Positions 10,052-20,400 of a stretch of 64,000 nucleotides of DNA are shown one piece after another (within the stretch, counting starts at the first letter, position 1; each line of letters starts with the position of its first letter). The DNA is taken from contig JALUTT010000059.1 of the NCBI GenBank assembly GCA_027021705.1, positions 69,687 through 133,686 on the forward strand, in the 5' to 3' direction. The DNA comes from Anaerolineae bacterium (lineage in GTDB: Bacteria > Chloroflexota > Anaerolineae > S140-20). A program made the translations under genes and the position numbers. Below the pieces are notes generated by a model that was not told the DNA's origin, searched no databases, and saw nothing but the letters and a program-made list of their open reading frames with translations.

Positions 10052-11116
10052 TCAGCGGTGGGAGAAGGGCCGCAGACGCCAGGCGGCCTTGACCAACTGC
10101 CAGCGGTGGGCCAGCCCCCGGGGCTCGAAGATCAGGAAGAGCATCAGCGCCGTGCCGAAAAAGAGGGGGCGTAGCGCCTGCACCGCACCGGCGGCCGTCG
10201 AGGGGAAGAGGCGGATGAAGAAGGGGCCGAAGAGCGTGGCCGCCTCGATCAGCAGTTCCACCACCGTCGCCCCCAGGATCGCCCCCAGGTTGGTCCCCAG
10301 CCCACCGATCACCAACATCCCCAGGAAGAAGATCGAATCGGTCAGGCCGAAGGTCTCCGAGTTGATGTGGCGCAGGTAGTGAGCGGAGAGGGAGCCCGCC
10401 ACCCCGGCGTAGACGGCGGCCAGGAAGAAGGCCTGGAGCTTGTACCGGAAGAGGCTGATGCCCAGCACCTCGGCGGCCAGGTCGTTGTCGCGGATGGTGA
10501 CGAAGGCCCGGCCCAGCCGGGAGCGGGAGACGTTGTGGGCGGCGATGGTCGAGAGGATTAGGACGGTCAGGGTCAGGTAGAGGTAGCGCTGGGGGGTGTT
10601 GAAGGCCAGGCCGAAGAGGACAGGCACCTGGACGTTCAGCCCCTGGGCTCCGTTGAGCAGGTCGGGAAAGGCGTTGCGGGTGAACCAGGGGATGATGAAC
10701 TGGGCGGCCAGGGTGGCCATGACCAGGTAGAAGCCTTTGACCCGCAACGAGGGCAGCCCGAAGATCAGCCCTACAATCCCCGTGCCCACGGCGGCCGCGG
10801 GCAGGGCCAGCAGGAAGGGCCAGCCCAGGTTGTTGACCAGCAGCGCCGAGATGTAGCCCCCCGTGGTCATAAAGGCCGCTTGACCGAGGGAGATCTGGCC
10901 GGTGTACCCGGTCAATAGGTTCAACCCCTGCACGGCGATGATGGTGATGCCGATGCGGTTGACCAGGGCGACCAGGCTCTGGCTGGCGTAGAGGGGCAGG
11001 GTGTAGAGGGCCAGGATGAAGGCGAAGAGCAGCCCCCACTGCCACCGCCGTCGAATGACGGCCATGTCGGATGCGTAGCTTTCGTCGAATTCACCAGCCG
11101 GACGCAGGACAGCCAT
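10052..11116 (-). CDS. LIV-type ABC permease (LivM-like)
   Basis: GLNLLTGYTGQISLGQAAF, GRAFVTIRDNDLAA, IGGLG. Confidence 0.92.
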   Translation of the reverse strand: MAVLRPAGEFDESYASDMAVIRRRWQWGLLFAFILALYTLPLYASQSLVALVNRIGITIIAVQGLNLLTGYTGQISLGQAAFMTTGGYISALLVNNLGWPFLLALPAAAVGTGIVGLIFGLPSLRVKGFYLVMATLAAQFIIPWFTRNAFPDLLNGAQGLNVQVPVLFGLAFNTPQRYLYLTLTVLILSTIAAHNVSRSRLGRAFVTIRDNDLAAEVLGISLFRYKLQAFFLAAVYAGVAGSLSAHYLRHINSETFGLTDSIFFLGMLVIGGLGTNLGAILGATVVELLIEAATLFGPFFIRLFPSTAAGAVQALRPLFFGTALMLFLIFEPRGLAHRWQLVKAAWRLRPFSHR

Positions 11117-11119
11117 AGG

Positions 11120-12040
11120 TCAAATCCGTTCGATCCGCTTCTGGCCGAAGAGTCCTTCGGGTCGGATGAGGAGCACGATGAGCAGCACCAGGTAGGGCAT
11201 GATCTCGGCGGCGTTGCGCACGCTCTGCGCTTTGGCGGCTGCGACCACCCCTTGGGAGAGCCCGATGATCAGGCCGCCGACGATGGTCCCGGGGATGGAC
11301 TCCAGCCCGCCCAGGAGGACGGCGGGGAAAGCGGCCAGCACGACCACCGAGAGGCTCAGGTCGAGGCCGCTGGAGGTGGCCAGCAGGACGCCCCCCGTCG
11401 TGGCGACCATCGCCGCCATCGCCCAGGAGAGGCCGAAGATGCGGTGAATGCGCAGGCCGAGGCTCTGGGCCAGCTCGTGGTCCTCCGAGGTCCCCCGCAT
11501 CGCCAGGCCGGTGCGGGTGAATTGGAAGAAAGCCCCGATCACGATGACGCCCAGGATGGCGATGATGAAGGACCAGACCAGGTTCTGCTTTAGGATGATG
11601 ATGATGGGGCGACCGTTGTGGGTGAAGGGGGTGGTGATCCGGTAGGGGTTGGCCGCCGAGAAGATCTGAGGGAAGTTGCGCTGGGCACCGCCGAAGAGGA
11701 GCAGGGCCAGCCCTTGCAGGACCTGGCTCAGGCCCAGGGTCATCAGGATGATGGAGAGCAGCGGTTGGCCGGTCATCGGGCGCAGGGCCAGCCGTTCGAT
11801 GGCCAGCCCTAGGAGCGCCGAGAGCAGGAGGGCCAGCACAATGGAGAGGGCCAGCGGCAGGCCCTGCTCGACGGAGAGCCACCAGGTGATCAGCGCCCCC
11901 ATCAGCAGCAACTGGCCCTGGGCGAAGTTGAAGATGTAGGACGACTTGAAGATGAGCACCAGCCCCAGCGCCATCAGGGCGATAGGGCCGCCGGCCAGCA
12001 GGCCGGTGACGGCGAATTGGGGCAGCAGTTGCCAGTTCAT
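11120..12040 (-). CDS. LIV-type ABC permease (LivH-like)
   Basis: ALGLVLIF...FNFAQG, GLAMRG, LGGLESIPG, RPEGLFG. Confidence 0.92.
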   Translation of the reverse strand: MNWQLLPQFAVTGLLAGGPIALMALGLVLIFKSSYIFNFAQGQLLLMGALITWWLSVEQGLPLALSIVLALLLSALLGLAIERLALRPMTGQPLLSIILMTLGLSQVLQGLALLLFGGAQRNFPQIFSAANPYRITTPFTHNGRPIIIILKQNLVWSFIIAILGVIVIGAFFQFTRTGLAMRGTSEDHELAQSLGLRIHRIFGLSWAMAAMVATTGGVLLATSSGLDLSLSVVVLAAFPAVLLGGLESIPGTIVGGLIIGLSQGVVAAAKAQSVRNAAEIMPYLVLLIVLLIRPEGLFGQKRIERI

Positions 12041-13968
12041 ACCGGCGCCTCCTCTCTCAGCGTGGCGATGCGCACCGTGGTCTCGACGACACCCTCACGC
12101 CCATCCCGATACCGGACCGGCGCTTTGACCCTCACCCGATCCCCGTCGCCGTACATCGCGGTGATGATGGTCTGATAGCGTTCTCCCAGCAGGCCCCGGC
12201 GCAGCTTCCGGGTGCGGGTGAGCTCCCCCTCGTCGGCGTCGAAGGCTTTGTGCAGCAGGACGAACTTGCGCACCCGGGCCGCCGGCGGCAGCGTCCGGTT
12301 GACCCGCTCCACATCCTGGCGGATCAGCTCGTAGACCTCCGGCTTCTGGGAGAGGTCCACGAAGGTGGTGTAGGGCAACCCCCGCCGCTCTGCCCACCGA
12401 CCGACGTTCTCGAAGTCAATGGTGATCAGCGCCGTCACGTACTCCTTGTCCGCCCCCCCGATGGTCATCGCGTCCCGGATGTAGGGGCTGAACTTGAGCC
12501 GACCTTCGATGTACTGGGGCGAGTACTTCTCGCCGCTGGCCAGGGTGATCATATCCTTGAGGCGGTCCAGGTAGATCAGGTGGCCGTCGGCGTCCAGGAG
12601 GCCGGCGTCCCCGGTGCGGAACCAGCGCCGGCCCTCCTCATCTACGAAGAAAGCCTTGGCCGTGGCCTCCGGGTCTTTGTAGTAGCCTTGGAAGACCGTC
12701 GGTCCCCGCACCAGGATCTCCCCGTTCTCGGCGATCTTCAGCTCCATGCCGGGGATGGGCACGCCGACCGTCTCGAACTTAACGTCGTCGCCCACGTGCA
12801 TCGTGTGGGCCTGGGCCTCCGTGGAGCCGTAGAGCTGCTTGATGTTGACCCCGATGGCCCGGAAGAAGCGGATGACTTCGGGGCTGAGGGCGGCGCCGGA
12901 GGAATAGGCTGAGCGAACGCGGGTCAGCCCCAGCTTGTCCCGCAGTGGGTGGAAGAGGGCGACCTCTCCCAGGGCGTTTAGGATGCGCCAGAGCAGCCCC
13001 ACGGGGCGGCGCTGCTCGAAGCGCCGTCCGGCCACCCGGTACCCTATGGGCATGAAGAGCCGGTAGAGCAGGCGGTTGATCCAGGTGCTCTCGGCGATCC
13101 GGACCTGGACCATCGCTGCCATATCCTCCCACAGGCGGGCGCTGAAGAGCATGGAGTGGGGGGCGATCTCGCGGATGTTCTCCTGCACCGTCTCCGGCGC
13201 TTCGGGGAAGTTGACGATCATCCCGGTCCGCAGGTGGATGGTCAGCCCCAGCACGTTCTCCGTGATCCAGGCGGGAGGTAGGAAGGAGACGTACTCATCC
13301 TCGTCCCGGCGGGGATCCACCCGCATCACCAGGTCACAGCCGGCGATGAGGTTCTGGTGGCTGATCATCGCCCCCTTGGGCCGCCCTGTGGTGCCGGAGG
13401 TGTAGCAGAAGACGGCCAGGTCCTCCCCCCGCCCCTTGTCAACGAGGCGGGCGAAGAGGTCCGGCTGCCTGGCGTCCAGTGCCCGTCCCAGGGCTTGCAC
13501 CTCCTCGAAGCTGATCAGCCAGGGCTCGTTGTAGTTCCACAGCCCCTTGTCATCCCAGTAGATCACCCGGCGGACGGCGGGGATTTGCTCGCGGATGGCG
13601 AGGAGCTTGTCGCACTGCTCCTGGTCCTTGGCGAAGACGAAGACGGCGTCGGCGTGCTGGACGATGTACTGGATCTCGGGCGGGGTGCTGTCGGTGAAGA
13701 TGCCGACGGCGACGCCTCCGCCGGCCTGGATGGCCAGTTGGGCCCAGAAGTACTGGGGATCGTTGTCGCCGATGATGCAGACCTTCTCGCCCCGCTGCAG
13801 CCCCAGTTCGACCAGGCCCAGGCTGAGTTGGCGGACCTGCTGGTAGGAGTCGGCCCAGGTGTAGGGTCGCCAGATGCCCAGGTCCTTCTTGCGCATGGCG
13901 ACCTTGCGGTGGCCGTACTTCCGGTAGCCGGCGATCAGCAGTTTGGGCAGGGTGTCGAGGTGGTCCAC
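12037..13968 (-). CDS. Long-chain acyl-CoA synthetase (AMP-binding)
   Basis: YTSGTTGRPKGAM, YGSTE, WFRTGDAG, GELTRTRKLRR. GTG start. Confidence 0.9.
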   Translation of the reverse strand: MDHLDTLPKLLIAGYRKYGHRKVAMRKKDLGIWRPYTWADSYQQVRQLSLGLVELGLQRGEKVCIIGDNDPQYFWAQLAIQAGGGVAVGIFTDSTPPEIQYIVQHADAVFVFAKDQEQCDKLLAIREQIPAVRRVIYWDDKGLWNYNEPWLISFEEVQALGRALDARQPDLFARLVDKGRGEDLAVFCYTSGTTGRPKGAMISHQNLIAGCDLVMRVDPRRDEDEYVSFLPPAWITENVLGLTIHLRTGMIVNFPEAPETVQENIREIAPHSMLFSARLWEDMAAMVQVRIAESTWINRLLYRLFMPIGYRVAGRRFEQRRPVGLLWRILNALGEVALFHPLRDKLGLTRVRSAYSSGAALSPEVIRFFRAIGVNIKQLYGSTEAQAHTMHVGDDVKFETVGVPIPGMELKIAENGEILVRGPTVFQGYYKDPEATAKAFFVDEEGRRWFRTGDAGLLDADGHLIYLDRLKDMITLASGEKYSPQYIEGRLKFSPYIRDAMTIGGADKEYVTALITIDFENVGRWAERRGLPYTTFVDLSQKPEVYELIRQDVERVNRTLPPAARVRKFVLLHKAFDADEGELTRTRKLRRGLLGERYQTIITAMYGDGDRVRVKAPVRYRDGREGVVETTVRIATLREEAPV

Positions 13969-13969
13969 G

Positions 13970-14746
13970 TCACACGCTCTCCCCCAGGTAGGCGTTGATG
14001 ACCGCCTCGTTGTGCCGGATCTCCTCCGGGGTCCCCTCGGCGATCTTGGTTCCGAAATCCAGCACGACGACCCGGTCGGCGATGTCCATCACCAGCCCCA
14101 TATCGTGCTCGATCAGGAGGATGGTCGTCCCTCGGCGTTCGTGGATGTCCAGGATGAAGCGGGCCATATCCTCTTTCTCCTCCTGGTTCATCCCGGTCAT
14201 CGGCTCGTCCAGGAGCAGCAGGCGGGGTTCGAGGGCCAGGGCCCGTCCCAGTTCGACCCGCTTGCGGAGGCCGTAGGGCAGCGTGCCCACGATGGCCTTG
14301 CGGATGTGCTGGATCTCGAGGAAGTCAATGATCTCCTCCACCACCTGGCGGTGGGCGATCTCCTCGCGGTGGGCAGGCCCCCAGTAGAGCAGGCACTGGA
14401 GCATCCCGGCCCGCATGTGGACGTGTCGGGCGGCCATCAGGTTGTCCAACGTGCTGAGGCCGGTGTAGAGGGCGATGTTCTGGAAGGTGCGGGCGATGCC
14501 CAGTTGGGCGATGCGGTGGGGGGGCAGGCGGGTGAGGTCGTGGCCCTCGAAGAGGATGCGGCCCGCGTCGGGGTGGTAGAAGTTGTTGAGGCAGTTCAGG
14601 AGGGAGGTCTTGCCGGCCCCGTTGGGACCGATGATTGCCAAAATCTCGCCAGCGTAGACATCGAAGCTGACGTCGTTCAGCACCTGAGCTCGGCCAAAGC
14701 TCAGCGATACGTTCTGCACGCTGAGATGTACGCGATCCGTCGTCAT
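13970..14746 (-). CDS. LIV-type ABC ATP-binding subunit (LivG-like)
   Basis: GPNGAGKTS, ARTFQN, LPYG, LIEHDM, AYLGE. Confidence 0.92.
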   Translation of the reverse strand: MTTDRVHLSVQNVSLSFGRAQVLNDVSFDVYAGEILAIIGPNGAGKTSLLNCLNNFYHPDAGRILFEGHDLTRLPPHRIAQLGIARTFQNIALYTGLSTLDNLMAARHVHMRAGMLQCLLYWGPAHREEIAHRQVVEEIIDFLEIQHIRKAIVGTLPYGLRKRVELGRALALEPRLLLLDEPMTGMNQEEKEDMARFILDIHERRGTTILLIEHDMGLVMDIADRVVVLDFGTKIAEGTPEEIRHNEAVINAYLGESV

Positions 14747-14851
14747 CAGAAGGCTATCGGCGGAGGTGGACAGTCGGGTCAGGGCTGCGTTCCCAGGGTC
14801 CCAGGCGGTCTAGGGCTGCGAAAGGGGGCTGGTGAACCTGGGTGGGGGCAT

Positions 14852-14880
14852 AGGGTACCATAAAAGTGGGGCATCGTCAA
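14852..14880 (-). promoter_or_regulatory. Putative sigma70 promoter of the LIV/acyl-CoA ligase operon
   Basis: TTGACG-17 bp-TACCCT on the minus strand, ~105 bp upstream of the first ATG. Confidence 0.5.
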
Positions 14881-14959
14881 GGGGAAGTCGGCTTGCCTAA
14901 GCGAGTTTTGTATAACCCGAGGCCGGAGCACGAAAAATAACTCCGTTTTGAGGTTTCTT

Positions 14960-15412
14960 TCAAGCTGTGAGTGAAAGTGTCCAGGTGAGAAGAGGACGGC
15001 TACTTCCTTGTTCTTCCCCGACTATCTTAAAACCCAAGCGAGCGTAGAAGCCTCGTGCCGATAAGTCAGCAGGACATTTGAGGAAAATCGTCTGTTTCCC
15101 CAGTGTGATTGCTTCAATACGCAGTGCCTCGACCAATGCACGCCCGACTCCCTGTCGGCGGCACTGAGGAATCACGGCGATATGGTAAAGGGTGGTCTGT
15201 GCATCGCGGCGATGGTGATACTCGACGAAGCCGATTAGTCCTTGATGATCCTCTGCAACCAATACCTCCCCGCGATGGATAGACTCCGCTAAAGCCGGAC
15301 GCAAGACAAAGCCCAACTCGTATCGGTGTGCATCGGCAATGGTTTTGATGGCGTCCAGGTCGGCAAGAGAGGCTTTGCGGACCGTCAGGGTTTCATTCGT
15401 TCCAGAGGTCAA
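14960..15412 (-). CDS. GNAT-family N-acetyltransferase
   Basis: IAVIPQCRRQGVGRALV acetyl-CoA motif and ARGFYARLGF. Likely TTG start at 15412 after GAGGAGG (ORF extends to 15448). Confidence 0.8.
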   Translation of the reverse strand: MTSGTNETLTVRKASLADLDAIKTIADAHRYELGFVLRPALAESIHRGEVLVAEDHQGLIGFVEYHHRRDAQTTLYHIAVIPQCRRQGVGRALVEALRIEAITLGKQTIFLKCPADLSARGFYARLGFKIVGEEQGSSRPLLTWTLSLTA

Positions 15413-16001
15413 GACGCTCCTCCTCGGCTGGGGCAATGCTACTGCCACCGTGGCGGCTTCGGCGCGGACGGATGCTCAGGTGGTGTACCGTCTCGCGTTC
15501 GTCGTCCACTAGAATGGCTTCTCCTACTCGCTTCAGCTTCCTAATAAGCGCCTGGAGTTCGCTGCCCATATAATCCTGACTGAGCCGGTTAAGGGCGTTG
15601 ACGTCATCCCGAGTCGTGAGTTTGTGACTCAGGATCACATCGCATTGTGACAGCACCTCACGATCAATGGCCGATGGTTGCTGGCTGGCAACAATGAGCG
15701 AGAGGCCGGGCTGGCGTCCTTCCTTGGCCCAGCGCACCAACTGCTCTTTCGACAGCGTTGTGCCACCAGCAGGCATAAACTGATGGGCTTCATCGATCGC
15801 CAACCAGATGCGTGGCAGTGGTGAGGCCAGACCGAACTCTTCGCGCAATCGAGCGTCCGCGCGAGCACGGAAAAGATTGCGGGCAATGACGGAAATGGTC
15901 AGATTGCGCCGGCCGCGCGGTCCGCTTTCCAGTCGGCTCAGGTCGACAATATTAGCGATCCCAGGCTGGAAGATGGTGTCCATTGGCACATAACCTTCTT
16001 C
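15393..16001 (-). pseudogene. 5'-truncated HerA/FtsK-like (DUF87-type) ATPase
   Basis: Walker B LAIDEAHQF, KEGRQPGLSLIVASQQPSAID..VLSQCD. No Walker A. Fused in frame to a transposase fragment. Confidence 0.72.
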
Positions 16002-16823
16002 TTTGCCCTCCTTGACCCCGGCCTCGATGGTCTGGCGTCCGTTGTAGAAAGTGAACCAGCCCTCCAGGTCTGCGGTCACCGGCTCTTGGCCATAGTGCAG
16101 GAGGAGGCCGTATCGCTCCTGGTCACCGGTGTGGAACCGCTCCAGGGCGACGTCCAGCGGATAGGGGCAGTTGGCGACCATCTCGTTCTCCAAAGCCACC
16201 ATCTCGGCGTTCTTGCCCACCCGAATCCAGTCGGTATAGGGCCGAAAGAGTGGACACCTCCTGGGCCCACTTTTGACGTTCCTTTTCCACCTGGGCCAGA
16301 CGCTCTTGGGCCTGTTCTAATCGGGCTTGGGCACGGGCCTGCTTGACCTCCGCTCTCTCCAGCAGGGCTTTGTGCTGGGCAATGCGCCGGCTCAAAAGGG
16401 CTGTCCTCCGCCAGGGGCGAGCCCCTGTGCGTGCCTCGGCCGCCCGAACCAGAGCCTCGGCCTGGGAGGAAGAGATGGTATCGCCAGGATGCTGTTCCAC
16501 CGACAGCCACAGCCGGCCGTAGGTGGGACTGTGCAGGCTGACCAAGGCTGCTTGGTAGCCCAGTTGCACAGCGTCGCTCATCCAGCCGAAGGCAGCCCCC
16601 GGATAGGTGGTACTGGCGTTGGAGACGGGCCGCCCTGTCAGGTCACCGTCGTAGATCAGAACCCCTCGGTCCCGCAAAGCCAGCAGGACTTCCCGCTCGA
16701 TGAAGGGGCGGCCAATGACTTCCAGGGCCTCCTTCACGGCGGTTACGGTCTCCTCGGTGCAAGCCTTGAGGGTGCGGCTGACGCCGCTGTAGTCGGCCCA
16801 GCCTTCCTGCCCCCAGGCTTGGG
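16002..16823 (-). pseudogene. Decayed DDE transposase (IS1380/IS4-superfamily-like), internally deleted and frameshifted
   Basis: Fragments AWGQEGWADYSGVSRTL, IYDGDLTG, RLDSG and the YREK-type motif FYNGRQTIEAGVKEGK, in different frames. Confidence 0.7.
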
Positions 16824-16911
16824 ATGAGTTTACCCCAAGGCTGCTCAGTTGTAAAAGTTCTGTTTCTAGCCCGTTTTGAACGGTTTGGGCTCCATTTGCA
16901 CAAAAGTTGCG

Positions 16912-17412
16912 CTAGGGGTCGGGGAGCCACACCGCCACGGTCGTCACCGTGCCGCCGGAGCCGGGTAGATCGAAAGGTTCGCTCGTGCCCAGCGGCCGAC
17001 CTCCCCGGCCCGCATAGACCACCCAGCGGAAAGGCCCCTTGCCCAGGTCGGCCTCGGCTACCCACCACACCTGCCGGCCCACTACTCCCTCATCGCTCAC
17101 GGCGACCTCGTTCAGCGTCCCCTGCCAGCCCTCGACGTCGTGCCACTCGCCCCGGCCATCCTGCCACTGGACGATGGTCCACAGGGTCTGCCAGTGCACC
17201 TCGGCCCAGGGCCAGGCGGCGGGAAAGTGCGCTTGCAGTTCGATGAGGGCGCCGACAAGGGCCGGCGGGGTCACGTATGGTGGCGTGGGCGTGGCGGGCC
17301 GGGGCGGCAGCGCAGGCCGGGCCCGCGCCGGCCCCGGTAACAGGGCGAACAGGATCAACACACCCAGGCCGGCCGTTAGCGCGGCGCGGGGATGAATCTG
17401 GGTCTTGGCCAT
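16912..17412 (-). CDS. Small secreted Trp-rich hypothetical protein
   Basis: Hydrophobic signal ending PARA, Pro-rich linker, then a Trp-rich domain. Its start lies within the 3' end of the giant gene. Confidence 0.7.
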   Translation of the reverse strand: MAKTQIHPRAALTAGLGVLILFALLPGPARARPALPPRPATPTPPYVTPPALVGALIELQAHFPAAWPWAEVHWQTLWTIVQWQDGRGEWHDVEGWQGTLNEVAVSDEGVVGRQVWWVAEADLGKGPFRWVVYAGRGGRPLGTSEPFDLPGSGGTVTTVAVWLPDP

Positions 17413-20400
17413 CGTTCCCTCTCTCCCGGCTCGTCTTGGGGGCGGGGTGGCAGATGGCCCTCGGCGGGCCGCGCCGCCGATCCTCCGGCGGTCGCAGATG
17501 CTGCTCCCGCTGCGCGCAAAACCGAGTCCACCGGCCCCCTGATGTTGTCGTACTCACCGCCGATCACCTCGTGGCTCTCCAGCACCGCGCCATAGTCCGT
17601 GGCGGTGTTGGCCGAGTCCACCTGGGCCCACACCTGGGTCTCATCGGCCAGGAGCCAGGCAACATGGCTCAGGTCCGCCCAGTAGTAGGCATCGCCCACG
17701 GTGAGGGTGAGCACCCCGCCCGGCGTGAGGGCGGGCAGAGCGTCGGCGGTGACGCCCCACACGATCCCCTGCTCCCCCAACCGGCTCCAGGTCTGGTTGA
17801 CGCCGGTCGGCTCGGCCTCCGGGGCGATGTAGACATCCACCCAGAACTCATCGGTGACGGGCCTGTCCCCGACGTTCTGGATGACCACCTGCACGTTGTC
17901 GGGGGTGGCGACGATGCGCTTTACCACCAGATTGGGCGCCGGTACATGGTTCATCGCGACCATCGGCATGTAGATCGTCGGCGGGGGAATGACCTCCACC
18001 TCGAACGGCCCCGTCGTGGTCACGTTGCCCGCCCTGTCAGCGGCGGTGACCCACAGGAGATAGGTCCCGGCGGTCAGCGGATGTAGGTCGTAGCGCCACG
18101 CCTCTCCCGAACGCACCGGCGGCTCGCTGTAGAACTCGCCCGTCGGGGTCTGGACGTCCACCCGCAGGTGGCTCACCGGCCCGCCGTCGCTCACCACGCC
18201 CGCCAGCACCCGGACGGTGGCGGTGTAGACCGATGTGCTCACCACCTGCGTCACCGTGATCACTGGCGCGACGTTGTCTATGATGACGTTCATCGTCGTC
18301 GGGTCGGCGGTGCGGTTGCCCACCGCGTCTGTGCCGTAGAGAGAGATGGTCTCGGTCACGTAGTCCAGCGGCTCGTCGTTGGTCACCTGGTAGGACCAGC
18401 GGCCCGAAGTGGCGGCGCTGTAGCGCGGCGTCAGCACCAACCGGCTGCGGGTGTAGGCCCCGTCGTCGGTGGACGGGTTCAGGTCGCAGATGCGCAGCGT
18501 CCACGTGCCCGCTGCGTCCTCGCCCCGGAAGGATTGCAGCGGCTCGTAGGGCCTGGCCCGCTGCTCGTAGTAGGGAGCGGCCGGGTCCTGGTCCCCGTGC
18601 AGGCCGCCCAGACCCACCAGCTCAACGTCGTCCAGGAACAGGTCGTAGTTCTGGAAGTTGGTGCCGGAGACGCCATCGTCGTCGAGCAGCCGCACGCTCG
18701 TCCCGGACGGCGATTCCAGCGTGACCCGGAGGTCGTCGCGGTGGGCGTGAGCGGCGACGAAGCCGACGCTCACCTGGCCGATGGGAAAACTCTCGGTGAC
18801 CGTGAAGGTGCGCTCGATCTCGCCGCCGCTGCAGGTCGTGGTGCCGTCTATGGCGATGGGCGCGGAGGGCACGTCCTCCTGGACGATGACGGAGGGGCTG
18901 GGGGCGTCCGTCAGCAGGACGGCCGGCTCGCAGGCGGTGTCTATGCAGACCTCGACCCCGGCCACGCCGCCGTCGTCCAGCACGTCGCCCTCCAGGGCGA
19001 AGATGCCCCCCCGCAGCAGGCTGCCGGAGATGATCCCCGTGGCGGTCACGTCGAAGGTGACCGTCGGCGGCCTGGCATCCACCAGGAAGGGCTGCCAACC
19101 GGTCCATCCGCTCTCCTGCCCCCAGCCGTCCGCGGCCCTGAGGCGCAGGTTGAGGACCTGACCATCGGGGGCGCTGCTCGTATCCCAGGCGCACGACCAT
19201 TGGCCATCCTGCGGGGTACCGTCCGGGCAGGCGAACGCGCCGCTTCCCTGGACCTCCACCGTGACCCGGGGCACGCCGGAGTCGTCGTAGGCGTAGCCGT
19301 ACAGCGTGTTCTCCCCGGCGGGGATCCGGTAGGCCGGCTCCCGGAGCCCCAGGAAGACCGGGCCGTCGCCGTCCACCCGGTGGTCGGCCCACATCCGCTC
19401 CAGCGGCGGGCCGGAGGAGGGGTGGGCGTCGTCGTAGACCTGCGCCTCGACCGAGGCCCAGCGCACGCTGCTCAGCCCCGTGTCCACCACGCCCTGGAAG
19501 ACGAGCGTCCCCTCCTCGCCCGGACCGATGTCGCCCAGGTTCACCACCCGGTGGTCATCGCCGGGCGTCAGGCGCAGGGCATCGTAGGCCGAGAGGTCCA
19601 CCCACACGCCGGTGGCAGGGTCCGTGCCCGCGTTGCGGTAGCGGAGGGTGTAGGTGATGACCTGCCCGTCGCCCAGCAGCGGGACGTCGGCGTTCAGCCG
19701 GTCGAGGGAGGAACGGGCGTCGGTCGGACGGTCGCCCGGCGGCAGGTTCCACAGGTCGAACAACCCGTCGCCCAGGAAGTGATAGACGGCCCCCGGCGGC
19801 TCGACCGACAGGCGAACCCGGAGGTCGGCATCCCGGTAGGGGGTGGTCCTCCCATCGCTCCCGTTGGGGCAGACCCCCGCGCCCAACCCGTCCCAGTGGT
19901 AGCGGTGGCTGAGGGCGAACTCGTGCTCCTCCTCGGAGGGCGTCTCGACCACGCGGCTGCTGTCCACACTGTTGCCGTTGGGCATCACGGCCCACAGGCG
20001 CAGGCCGTCCTCCTCGCTGGCGAGGGCCACCAGATCCAGCGGCGTCGAGGCCGGGTCGGCGATGCCCAGGAGGTCGAAGGGCAGGTAGAGGTCGGTCTGG
20101 CCGTCGCGCAGGGCCGGGTCGAAACGGTACTGAGATGGCGAGAGAGCGCTTCCGAAGGCCCAGTCGCTCCCATCCCAGTTCAGCAGCAGGGCGGTGTCGG
20201 AATCGCGCACCCAGACCAGGTAGTCGGCGGCCATGCCGATGGTGGGCGAGAGGGGCGTGGCGCCGGGCAGATAGATGACCGTGTTGGTCATCGTGGCGCT
20301 GTAAGGGTTGAAGGCGGTGATGGTGCCACCGGGCCGGACGTCCAGGTAGACGAACAGGTCGCCGTCGGTGGACCAGTTGGCGCCGGTCCAGGCCAGGCGC

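Noticed and set aside
15393..16220. 275-aa ORF as a genuine single gene
   Set aside because: It is a chimera of a transposase fragment and an ATPase C-terminus lacking Walker A, so it is treated as a deletion product.
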